A stretch of 39,557 nucleotides of DNA from an uncultured Candidatus Saccharibacteria bacterium (GTDB lineage Bacteria; Patescibacteriota; Minisyncoccia; UBA6257; GWB1-50-10). This document shows positions 9,842 to 17,298 of the stretch, piece after piece (positions within the stretch are counted from its first letter, which is position 1; each line of letters starts with the position of its first letter). Both the position numbers and the translations under genes were made by a program. The stretch lies in assembly GCA_964639325.1 (NCBI GenBank), contig CAZXDO010000040.1, forward strand, positions 1 to 39,557, given 5' to 3'. The notes beneath the pieces are model-generated. The model did no database searches and was not told the DNA's origin. It saw nothing but the letters and a program-made list of their open reading frames with translations.

Positions 9842-10846
9842 ATGAAAAATTTTAAAGAAATTTCTGTAATTGTTTTTGCTTTTGTTTTTATAGCCGCTAT
9901 TTTGTTTTTTATTTCTTTAAACAACTCTTCCCCGAATGACGAAACAAGTATTTTTGTGGTTAGCTCTTCTGCTACATCCACTAAAGATGTAGCCAAAAAA
10001 TTGGATTCAGAGTCTTTTATAAGCAGTAAATGGCTTTTTGAAACAATCTCCTCTATAGCAGGTATTAATGAAATTGAGCCGGGAGGTTATTCTTTAAAAA
10101 AAGGAACAAATTTTTTTAAAATAGTTAATATTTTTTCTAACCGTCCCGGGTTTGTCTGGGTTACTATCCCTGAGGGACTTAGAAAAGAAGAGATTGCTGA
10201 AATTATTGGAAACAAGCTTGATTGGAACGAAGGCGATAAAACCAGTTTTATTATTGCTCATACTGATGATGATTATACGGAAGGAGTCTATTTTCCGGAC
10301 ACGTATCTTGTCCCATACGGCGAAACCGGTTCTGAAATGGCTGAGAGAATGATTGATAAATTCAACGAAAAATTTCAACCTTATTCTGAAAAATTTGCAG
10401 AAGAAAATGTTAAATGGACTACCGGATTAAAGATTGCCTCCCTTATTCAAAAAGAGGCTCTCGACGAAGAAGAAATGCCCTTAATTTCAGGTATTATTTG
10501 GAATAGGCTCCTTAGCGGTATGCGCCTTCAAATTGACGCCACGGTTCAATACGCTCGTGGTTTAGATGGTTATGAAAAAGAAGCCGAGGATCTTGAGGTA
10601 GGTAAAAGTAACTGGTGGACGCCTATGAAAAAAGAAGATAAAGAAATAGACTCGCCTTATAACACATATAAACACGAAGGTCTTCCTCCGGCACCAATAG
10701 CTAATCCCGGGATTCCGGCCATTAAAGCCGCTCTCTACCCCCAAGAAACTGATTGTATTTACTATCTTCATTCCAATCATCAAATACATTGCTCTTCTAA
10801 TTACGATGATCATTTAGACAATATAGAAAGATATTTAAAAAAATAA
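9842..10846 (+). CDS. mltG: Endolytic transglycosylase MltG
   Basis: N-terminal TM; TIPEG, EGVYFPDTY, ASLIQKE, LQIDATVQY, SPYNTY..GLPPAPIANPG. Confidence 0.92.
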   Translation: MKNFKEISVIVFAFVFIAAILFFISLNNSSPNDETSIFVVSSSATSTKDVAKKLDSESFISSKWLFETISSIAGINEIEPGGYSLKKGTNFFKIVNIFSNRPGFVWVTIPEGLRKEEIAEIIGNKLDWNEGDKTSFIIAHTDDDYTEGVYFPDTYLVPYGETGSEMAERMIDKFNEKFQPYSEKFAEENVKWTTGLKIASLIQKEALDEEEMPLISGIIWNRLLSGMRLQIDATVQYARGLDGYEKEAEDLEVGKSNWWTPMKKEDKEIDSPYNTYKHEGLPPAPIANPGIPAIKAALYPQETDCIYYLHSNHQIHCSSNYDDHLDNIERYLKK

Positions 10847-10852
10847 GTTTCT

Positions 10853-10911
10853 CAACTTGGGGGTTCCCGACACCCCCATGTTGTCGATTTCATATTAAAC
10901 GTTGTGGATAA
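10853..10911 (+). repeat. REP-like palindrome copy 3; TGTGGATAA displaced by an ~18-bp insert
   Basis: CAACTTGGGGGTTCCCGACACCCCCATGTTG...GTTGTGGATAA. Confidence 0.93.
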
Positions 10912-10989
10912 GTATTATTTTTTTAGGTATATTTAAGTGTTTATTTATAATTTATAATACGGGCAAGTTTGTGCTAAAATTAAAGTAAT

Positions 10990-11310
10990 ATGATTGATTT
11001 TGAAGATTTTAAAAAATTAGATATTCGCATTGCTAAAATTATTGAAGCAGAAAATATTGAAGAATCTGAAAAGCTTTTAAAGCTTAAAATAAACTTAGGC
11101 GAAGAAGAGCGTCAAATCGTAGCCGGTTTAGGAAAAGAATATTCTGCAGATGATTTGGTTAACAAAGAAATTGTTGTTCTAGCTAATCTAGAACCTAAAA
11201 AACTTATGGGCTACGAAAGCCAGGGAATGCTCCTTGCTGCAGTTGATGACGGAAAACCAATTCTCTTAAAACCCGAAAAAGATGTTTCTCCCGGGACAAA
11301 AATAAGTTAA
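10990..11310 (+). CDS. Stand-alone tRNA-binding OB-fold protein (MetG C-terminal/Trbp111/CsaA family)
   Basis: FEDFKKLDIR...RQIVAG...NLEPKKLMGYESQGMLLA. Confidence 0.9.
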   Translation: MIDFEDFKKLDIRIAKIIEAENIEESEKLLKLKINLGEEERQIVAGLGKEYSADDLVNKEIVVLANLEPKKLMGYESQGMLLAAVDDGKPILLKPEKDVSPGTKIS

Positions 11311-11318
11311 ATAAAAAG

Positions 11319-11651
11319 ATGAAAATAAAAATTAAAGCAACTGATATTACTTTAACTCCGGCCATAAAACAGTATGTTGAAAAGAAAATGAAGAGTGTTG
11401 AAAAACTTCTTAAAAGTTTTGAAAAGGAAGGGGAGGCTTATGTCTACTTTGAAATTGCTCGAACCACCCATCATCACAAAAGCGGGAACGTTTTTTATGC
11501 TGAAGCTAACGTTGATCTTTTAGGGGAGAACGTTAGAGCCGAACAAAGAGCTGAAGACATTAGAGCTGCTATTGATAAAGTAAAAGATATTTTAAAAAGA
11601 GAGATAAAAGAATTAAAAGAAAAGCAAATAAATAATAGAGAAAGTAAATAA
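11319..11651 (+). CDS. hpf: Ribosome hibernation factor HPF/RaiA (short form)
   Basis: IKATDITLTPAIKQYVEKKM...DIRAAID. Confidence 0.85.
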   Translation: MKIKIKATDITLTPAIKQYVEKKMKSVEKLLKSFEKEGEAYVYFEIARTTHHHKSGNVFYAEANVDLLGENVRAEQRAEDIRAAIDKVKDILKREIKELKEKQINNRESK

Positions 11652-11659
11652 ATTACTTA

Positions 11660-12187
11660 ATGAAAATAAGTAAAAAATTTTTACAGTTTGAAGATAGTCC
11701 AGCTTTAATTATTGTTGCCGGATGGCAAAACGGTAAAATTTATTACGCCTATCAAGGAGAGATTGTTTTAAATAAAAAAATTGAAATTTCTCAACGTGAA
11801 TATTCTGATAAGGAAGGATATTTTGAGACAAGGTCTAATGTTCCCGGCCTTTCTCCGAAAGGGGGATCAGTATATGAAGGGAATAAACAGTACATTCGAA
11901 AAAAGTTTTTAGATAAACTTTCCAAACATGTTGAAAGTCTTATCAGGAGTTATAAAATAAAAGATATATATATTTTCTCTTCTCCGGAAGGAATAAGGAC
12001 TTTAGAAAAAGAGCTTTCTCCAGAAGCAGAGAAACTTATCAAAAAAGTAAATAAAGGTAATTATACCCATCTTAAGCCAAATGAATTACTTGAATTAATT
12101 AAAGAAACTCAGAATACTCCTGTAAAAACAATGAAAGAAGAAGCTAAAAAGATATTAGACAGAACTAAGAAAATTTTTAAAGGGTAA
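11660..12187 (+). CDS. Host-attachment/baeRF-like protein (tentative)
   Basis: Hydrophobic N-terminal strand, a long G/S loop, then KKFLDKL...IYIFSS; position directly after hpf. Confidence 0.45.
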   Translation: MKISKKFLQFEDSPALIIVAGWQNGKIYYAYQGEIVLNKKIEISQREYSDKEGYFETRSNVPGLSPKGGSVYEGNKQYIRKKFLDKLSKHVESLIRSYKIKDIYIFSSPEGIRTLEKELSPEAEKLIKKVNKGNYTHLKPNELLELIKETQNTPVKTMKEEAKKILDRTKKIFKG

Positions 12188-12202
12188 TATTTTTAGCATA
12201 GA

Positions 12203-12231
12203 TTGACACATTGTCATTTATTTGTTAATAT
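12203..12231 (+). promoter_or_regulatory. Putative sigma70 promoter of khpA
   Basis: TTGACA-17 nt-TAATAT with TG extension. Confidence 0.55.
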
Positions 12232-12294
12232 TTTAATAAATTAATCAGATTAGAGAGAAAGGTCGAAAAAAACAGTACGAACTAACGATAGATT

Positions 12295-12576
12295 ATGGCG
12301 AAAGAACAAGACCAAGAATTTCTTGAATTCTTAGTAAAATCCATTGTTGATCATCCTGAAGATGTAAAGGTTGATCGTAAAGTGGATGAAATGGGAGTAC
12401 TCTTGTCACTTCATGTTAGTCCTCAAGATATGGGTCAAGTTGTTGGCCGACAGGGCTCAACAGCTAAAGCAATTCGCACCCTTCTTAGGATTGTAGGTGT
12501 CAAGAATAACGCCCGGATTAACCTTAAAATAGAGGAACCGGATCGCGGAAGCGCTCCAGCTCCTCAAGCTGAGTAA
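12295..12576 (+). CDS. khpA: KH-domain RNA-binding protein KhpA
   Basis: LVKSIVDHPEDV...DMGQVVGRQGSTAKAIRTLL; next to trmD. Confidence 0.9.
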   Translation: MAKEQDQEFLEFLVKSIVDHPEDVKVDRKVDEMGVLLSLHVSPQDMGQVVGRQGSTAKAIRTLLRIVGVKNNARINLKIEEPDRGSAPAPQAE

Positions 12577-12603
12577 GGTTAAATCCTGAATTTAGAAAAT
12601 GCG

Positions 12604-12628
12604 AGCCCCGCTTATTAAAGCGGGGTTT
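12604..12628 (+). terminator. Intrinsic terminator
   Basis: CCCCGCTT-ATTA-AAGCGGGG then TTT. Confidence 0.65.
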
Positions 12629-12665
12629 GTGTTTGTTTATATTGTGCATATATACTAATAACATA

Positions 12666-13301
12666 ATGAAGTTTCATATTATTACAATATTTCCCGAAGC
12701 TCTAAAGAGTTATACCAATGAATCTCTTCTAGGCAAAGCTAAAGAGGAAAATCTTATAGAAATCAATTTTTATAATCTCCGGGATTATACCGAAAATAAG
12801 CACCGAAGCGTTGATGACAAGCCATACGGCGGTGGACCTGGTATGGTATTAATGATTGAACCGATATTTAAAGCAGTTGAGAGTATTAAGAAAAAAACAG
12901 AAGGTCGGGTTAAAACCATTCTTTTCTCAACTCGAGGCGATAAATTTGATGAGAAAAAGGCAAAAAGTTTTTCTGAGTGTGATGAAATAATTATGATTTG
13001 TGGGAGATATGAAGGAGTTGATGAAAGAGTAGCCAAAAACATAGCTGACGAAGAAATTTCAATAGGTAATTATATTCTCTCAGGAGGTGAATTGCCTGCT
13101 CTTGTAGTTACGGAAGCTGTTAGCCGTTTTATTCCTGGGGTTTTGGGAAAAGAAGAATCTTTAGAGGAAATAAAAGGTTCTTATCCCGTATATACCCGCC
13201 CCGAGTCTTTTAAAACAAGAAATAAAGAATGGAAAGTTCCTGATGTTCTTCTTTCTGGAAATCATAAAGAGATAGAAAAATGGAGAAAAGGTAATAAATA
13301 A
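12666..13301 (+). CDS. trmD: tRNA (guanine-N1)-methyltransferase
   Basis: Start better placed at MKFHIITIFP (12666); VDDKPYGGGPGMV, CGRYEGVDER, SIGNYILSGGE. Confidence 0.95.
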   Translation: MKFHIITIFPEALKSYTNESLLGKAKEENLIEINFYNLRDYTENKHRSVDDKPYGGGPGMVLMIEPIFKAVESIKKKTEGRVKTILFSTRGDKFDEKKAKSFSECDEIIMICGRYEGVDERVAKNIADEEISIGNYILSGGELPALVVTEAVSRFIPGVLGKEESLEEIKGSYPVYTRPESFKTRNKEWKVPDVLLSGNHKEIEKWRKGNK

Positions 13302-13350
13302 GGTGTTATTTGTTTGACTTTTTGTTTTATTTTAATTAATCTGGATAGAT

Positions 13351-14067
13351 ATGACAGAAGAAAAAATAAAAAAACCAGACGAGGTTATAGACGAAAATAT
13401 CATGAAAGAGTTGATTGATTTAGGCGTTCTTTATAGCCACAAAAAATCAAAGGCGCACCCTAGTATGCGTCCTTTTATAGGAGCTAATAGGCATGAAATA
13501 GATATTCTTGACGCCCGGGCAGTTTTAGATAGTTTAGAAAAAGCTGAAAGTTTTTTTGAAAAAACTTTATCCGGAAAGAAAGATGGTTTAATCCTTTTTG
13601 TGGGTACCTCTGCTCCAGCTAAAGATACGGTTAAAAAAATAGCCGAGGGATTAGAGCAACCCTATGTTATTAATCGATGGCTTGGAGGAACATTAACTAA
13701 TTTTAACGTTATAAAAGAACGTGTTAATTATTACCAAGGGATGTCCAAGAAAGAGAAGGAAGGTAAATTTGAAAAATACACTAAAAAAGAGCGGCTTGAT
13801 TTTTCTAACGAAATAGAAAAACTTTCTTATAACTTTAACGGACTCGTAAAATTAAACCGTCTTCCTGATGCTGTTTTTCTAGTAAATATTAAAAATGAAG
13901 AAACCGCTCTTCGGGAAGCTAAAAAAACAGGTATTCCTATTGTGGCAATAGTTGATAGCAATGATAATCTTAAAGAAATAGATTATCCTATTATTGCCAA
14001 TGACCATAACAAATCTAGTATTGAGTGGGTTTTAAATAATCTTAAAGAAAAAGTAATAAATAAATAA
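13351..14067 (+). CDS. rpsB: 30S ribosomal protein S2
   Basis: ILFVGT, RWLGGTLTNF, ALREAKKTGIPIVAIVDSN, PIIANDH. Confidence 0.95.
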   Translation: MTEEKIKKPDEVIDENIMKELIDLGVLYSHKKSKAHPSMRPFIGANRHEIDILDARAVLDSLEKAESFFEKTLSGKKDGLILFVGTSAPAKDTVKKIAEGLEQPYVINRWLGGTLTNFNVIKERVNYYQGMSKKEKEGKFEKYTKKERLDFSNEIEKLSYNFNGLVKLNRLPDAVFLVNIKNEETALREAKKTGIPIVAIVDSNDNLKEIDYPIIANDHNKSSIEWVLNNLKEKVINK

Positions 14068-14071
14068 ACCT

Positions 14072-14515
14072 ATGGAAAAAGAAAAAATTCAAAAATTAAG
14101 AGAAGAAACAGGAGCCGGTATCATGAATTGTAAAAAAGCTTTGGAAGAAGCAAGTGGTGATATAGAAAAAGCTAAAAAGATTATAAAAGAAAAAGGGATT
14201 GTTATTGCCGATAAGAAAAGTGACAGAAAAACCGGAGCAGGGTTTTTAAAAACATACGTCCACAACAATAGAGTTGGTGTTCTTATAGAAATAAGAACCG
14301 AAACTGATTTTGCCGTTAAATCAGAACCTTTTCAAAAACTAGCCCACGAAATTGCTATGCAAATTGCCGCTATGAATCCTAAAAACGTAGAAGAGCTTCT
14401 TGAACAACCTTTTATAAAAGATGAATCTAAAAATATTCAAGAAATTATTAAAGAAACAGTAGCAGAAGTAAGGGAAAATATAAACGTCGAAAGATTTACA
14501 AGATACGAAATATAA
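14072..14515 (+). CDS. tsf: Elongation factor Ts (short form)
   Basis: LREETGAGIMNCKKAL, ETDFA; follows rpsB. Confidence 0.95.
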   Translation: MEKEKIQKLREETGAGIMNCKKALEEASGDIEKAKKIIKEKGIVIADKKSDRKTGAGFLKTYVHNNRVGVLIEIRTETDFAVKSEPFQKLAHEIAMQIAAMNPKNVEELLEQPFIKDESKNIQEIIKETVAEVRENINVERFTRYEI

Positions 14516-14523
14516 AAAAATAG

Positions 14524-14880
14524 ATGTCTCTTGATTTTATTTTTGATCTAGTTATAGTCCTTTGTGTTGGTGCTATGCTTTATTTGGTAGCTCGTGTTTT
14601 ACCCAGAATAAACGAAGAGAAAGAAGATGTTTTAGGTTTTAAAACTCCCAAAATGCTTATTTATCTTGAAAAAGCAGATGAAAGATTCAAGAAAAGTAAA
14701 GAAAAATTTTTAAGGAAACTTAAGGTTATTGTTCTTAAACTTGATAACCATTTAAGCAACAAGCTTAGTAAATTTAAGAAGAATGGAGAAAAGAATGGAG
14801 GGTTACGCCTTGATTTAGACAAAGATTCTTCTTATTCTGAAAATATAAAAAAAGACAATAAAGAAAAAGAAGACGACTAA
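14524..14880 (+). CDS. Hypothetical membrane-anchored protein
   Basis: N-terminal TM and charged tail; operonic spacing. Confidence 0.7.
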   Translation: MSLDFIFDLVIVLCVGAMLYLVARVLPRINEEKEDVLGFKTPKMLIYLEKADERFKKSKEKFLRKLKVIVLKLDNHLSNKLSKFKKNGEKNGGLRLDLDKDSSYSENIKKDNKEKEDD

Positions 14881-14944
14881 GGTATTAGCACCCGTGTATA
14901 ACTAGCTCTGTTATTTAACAATTTTATAGGATATAATTTAATTA

Positions 14945-15730
14945 ATGCCGAGAAAGTGGACGAAGGAAGAAGAAAGGGAGAAACGAGAAGAATTGATAGA
15001 ATTGTATGTAAATCAAAACAAAACCATTAATCAGATCGGTGGCATTTTGAGTTTAGGTGATGCAACTGTATATAACCGCTTGATTCGGTTAAATATTCCA
15101 GTAGATAGAAGTAGGAAACCAAGATGTAACAACAGTAAAAGAGGGAACATAATAATACCCAAAAATTCCAGTAAATTAGCTGAGTTTGTAGGAATAATGT
15201 TAGGAGATGGTCACATAACTCCAACTCAAGTAACCGTGACTCTGGGTACAAAAGAGAGATTGTATTCTGACCGCATAGCTGATTTAATGGAAGAGCTGTT
15301 TAGTGTAAGACCTAATATTTTTATATCAAAACTAGGTCATTTAGTTCTTTACATAGGATCCGTTGATCTCGTAAGGTGGTTTGAAAAAATGGGCCTGGTT
15401 CATAATAAGGTTAAAGAACAAGTTGATGTCCCAGAATGGTTGTATTTTGAGGAAGAGTATTTAAAATCCTTTATAAGAGGATTATTTGATACCGACGGTT
15501 CCGTCTATAAACTTAGGTTTGGGGTTCAAGTTGCTTTTATCAATCGTTCCATAAGATTACTTGAATCGACTAGGGAAATATTAAAAAAATTAAATTATCA
15601 TCCTTCTAAAATAAGCGGTTACAAAATTTATATAACTCGCCGACCTGATTTAGATAAGTTTTTCAAGGAAATAAGGCCCAATCACGAAAAACATAACAGA
15701 CGTTATATAATGTTTACACGCGAATCATAG
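14945..15730 (+). CDS. HTH + double-motif LAGLIDADG endonuclease-like protein
   Basis: LAEFVGIMLGDG and FIRGLFDTDG motifs; N-terminal HTH-like KTINQIGGILSLGDATVYNRL. Confidence 0.85.
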   Translation: MPRKWTKEEEREKREELIELYVNQNKTINQIGGILSLGDATVYNRLIRLNIPVDRSRKPRCNNSKRGNIIIPKNSSKLAEFVGIMLGDGHITPTQVTVTLGTKERLYSDRIADLMEELFSVRPNIFISKLGHLVLYIGSVDLVRWFEKMGLVHNKVKEQVDVPEWLYFEEEYLKSFIRGLFDTDGSVYKLRFGVQVAFINRSIRLLESTREILKKLNYHPSKISGYKIYITRRPDLDKFFKEIRPNHEKHNRRYIMFTRES

Positions 15731-15758
15731 TTTATTATACTTCTACCTGTAAGCGAAT

Positions 15759-15841
15759 GCACGGGTATCTAAGCGGACAACAGAGATTGGCTGTAAACCA
15801 ATTGGCTTATGCCTACGGGGGTTCGAATCCCTCCCCGTGCA
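15759..15841 (+). tRNA. tRNA-Tyr (GTA), long variable arm, CCA not encoded
   Basis: Acceptor GCACGGG/CCCGTGC+A; anticodon arm ATTGG-CTGTAAA-CCAAT; T arm GGGGG-TTCGAAT-CCCTC. Confidence 0.95.
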
Positions 15842-15911
15842 CAAAATAAATAATCCCTATAAGGGATTTTTATTTTTTGAGGGGTTTGAAGAGGTGTGGG
15901 GTCAGACATAT

Positions 15912-15939
15912 TTGACAAAAGATATAGAATAAGTATTAT
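15912..15939 (+). promoter_or_regulatory. Putative sigma70 promoter
   Basis: TTGACA-16 nt-TATTAT. Confidence 0.45.
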
Positions 15940-15985
15940 TAAGGTAGTTAATTTAAAATTTAATAAAATAATGGAGGAACAAGAA

Positions 15986-16570
15986 ATGGAAAGAAAAAAT
16001 TTAAAGCGAATGAAAAACCTTACCTTTTTAAGGCATGTAAGATTGATGATGCTATCAATAACCGTGCTTTTGATATTTTTGTTAGTGGTAGGTCTGGTAC
16101 CGTTATGGTTTTTTACGGGATTTCTTATCCTATTTATTCCGGTTTCTTTTGTAAAAGAAAGACTGGAAATTTTATGGAGAGATTTACTGTGGAATCTAGA
16201 CAAAGAAATTTTTAAAAAAGAGTTAGAAATTTCAAAGTTAGAAAACACCATTGCCAAAGAAGAAGAAAAAATCTTTGGAAGTGGAAATGGAAACGAAAAC
16301 CAGGACTCAATTAACAAAATTACCAAAGGCTTAAAAGGAAACTACTTTAAGGTTAAAAAAGCTTACCAAAAAGAAGCGGATATTCATAAGGAAATAATGG
16401 GAATGTGGAAATTTTCCAAGAAAACAAAAATGAAATTTCCTATTATTGAAGCTAAATGGGGTCCAATTGAGGATATTGAAAGAAGGCATTTAATAGCCTT
16501 AATAAAGGCTGGGAAAGTGGCAAGAACAGAGAGAAAAATGAGAGAAAGGCAGTTGAAAGTTGTTGTTTAA
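15986..16570 (+). CDS. Hypothetical membrane protein (TM hairpin + coiled coil)
   Basis: Start inferred from GGAGG (15973-77) 8 nt upstream of ATG 15986; long hydrophobic segment followed by a charged helical region. Confidence 0.6.
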   Translation: MERKNLKRMKNLTFLRHVRLMMLSITVLLIFLLVVGLVPLWFFTGFLILFIPVSFVKERLEILWRDLLWNLDKEIFKKELEISKLENTIAKEEEKIFGSGNGNENQDSINKITKGLKGNYFKVKKAYQKEADIHKEIMGMWKFSKKTKMKFPIIEAKWGPIEDIERRHLIALIKAGKVARTERKMRERQLKVVV

Positions 16571-16641
16571 AAATTGTTCCAGAAAGCATTTTTTGCTTGC
16601 AGAATAATTTGTACTTTAAAAAATGAGAACTGATTAGGTTC

Positions 16642-16675
16642 AAAAAAACGAAGGCGTTAATCCTTCGTTTTTTTT
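16642..16675. terminator. Bidirectional intrinsic terminator
   Basis: A7-CGAAGG-loop-CCTTCG-T8. Confidence 0.8.
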
Positions 16676-16684
16676 GTTTCTAAT

Positions 16685-16771
16685 AAAAACCCTGCCCATC
16701 CAAAGGATAGGCAGGGATTGGAGGGAATCCTCTATATGCTTGCATACAAAGGACTATCACACTCACACATT
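16685..16771 (-). ncRNA. Putative ~87-nt small RNA (5' GU-rich strand, hairpin, UUCCCUCCAAU linker, terminator)
   Basis: Has its own promoter and terminator with no usable ORF between them; the mismatches in both stems are G-U pairs only on the minus strand. Confidence 0.65.
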
Positions 16772-16777
16772 AATCAC

Positions 16778-16805
16778 ATTATATCACACAGTTTTAAAAA
16801 GTCAA
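16778..16805 (-). promoter_or_regulatory. sigma70 promoter of the putative sRNA
   Basis: Minus strand TTGACT-16 nt-TATAAT with extended TG. Confidence 0.7.
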
Positions 16806-16807
16806 AT

Positions 16808-16848
16808 CAACTTGGGGGTTCCCGACACCCCCATGTTGGTGTGGATAA
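16808..16848 (+). repeat. REP-like palindrome copy 4 + TGTGGATAA
   Basis: CAACTTGGGGGTTCCCGACACCCCCATGTTGGTGTGGATAA. Confidence 0.95.
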
Positions 16849-16856
16849 CTTTTAAC

Positions 16857-17004
16857 AAGCTTGTCCCTGTGTTGGTTCGCAAAACAAATACTAACGCATT
16901 TGTTTTCCTGCACCTCTTGTGATAAGCAAAGCTTGTCCCTGCGTTGGTTCGCAAAACAAATAAATACTTCGTATTCATTTGTTTTTCTCACCTTCCTTGT
17001 GATA
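16857..17004. repeat. Two tandem ~72-76-bp structured repeats
   Basis: AAGCTTGTCCCTGYGTTGGTTCGCAAAACAAAT...ATTTGTTTT...CACCT...CTTGTGATA starting at 16857 and 16929. Confidence 0.9.
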
Positions 17005-17024
17005 GACTGAATTTAAGTTCATTT

Positions 17025-17182
17025 GTTGAACTATAAAAGTGGTTTTTTGGTTTTTTATAAAAAAATGGAGTTATGTAGGCGGCCGCGAGTAGAGCACTTA
17101 CACATTAAAATTGGAGGTCACCAATCGCGGTCGCCTATATAACTTCTTTTTATTAACCAAAAAACCACTTTTATATTTCAGC
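17025..17182 (+). ncRNA. Long rod-like hairpin, putative structured RNA
   Basis: Perfect 21-bp stem 17032-52/17155-75 and 22-bp stem 17067-88/17125-46 with three G-U pairs on the + strand; 36-nt loop; possible TG-A-TAGACT -10 at 17000-17008. Confidence 0.6.
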
Positions 17183-17298
17183 TAATGTATGAAATAATAA
17201 GAATCTGTGTTTTTTACGGCTTGGAAAAACCAAGTCTTTTGTGTGTTAACAAATAAAGAAAAAAGAGTATAGTTTTATAAACAACCTTTTGTAAAAAA

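Noticed and set aside
14881-15841. Group I intron or intein carrying the LAGLIDADG ORF within a split tRNA
   Set aside because: tRNA-Tyr is complete downstream, the flanks are too short for a ribozyme core, there are no intein terminal motifs, and no 3' half matching GCACCCG was found.
15769-16326. 185-aa minus-strand ORF
   Set aside because: It is antisense to tRNA-Tyr and to the + strand gene; a shadow ORF.
16674-16991. ORFs 16674-16922 (+) and 16794-16991 (-)
   Set aside because: They run through the palindrome, promoter and repeats with no RBS or protein-like features.
16857-17004. CRISPR array
   Set aside because: Only two units; the variable part is itself a conserved hairpin rather than a unique spacer, and there are no cas genes.
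16857-17004. HDV-like ribozyme suggested by stem-GCGAA on the minus strand
   Set aside because: No P1/P2/P3 pseudoknot partners could be found by eye.
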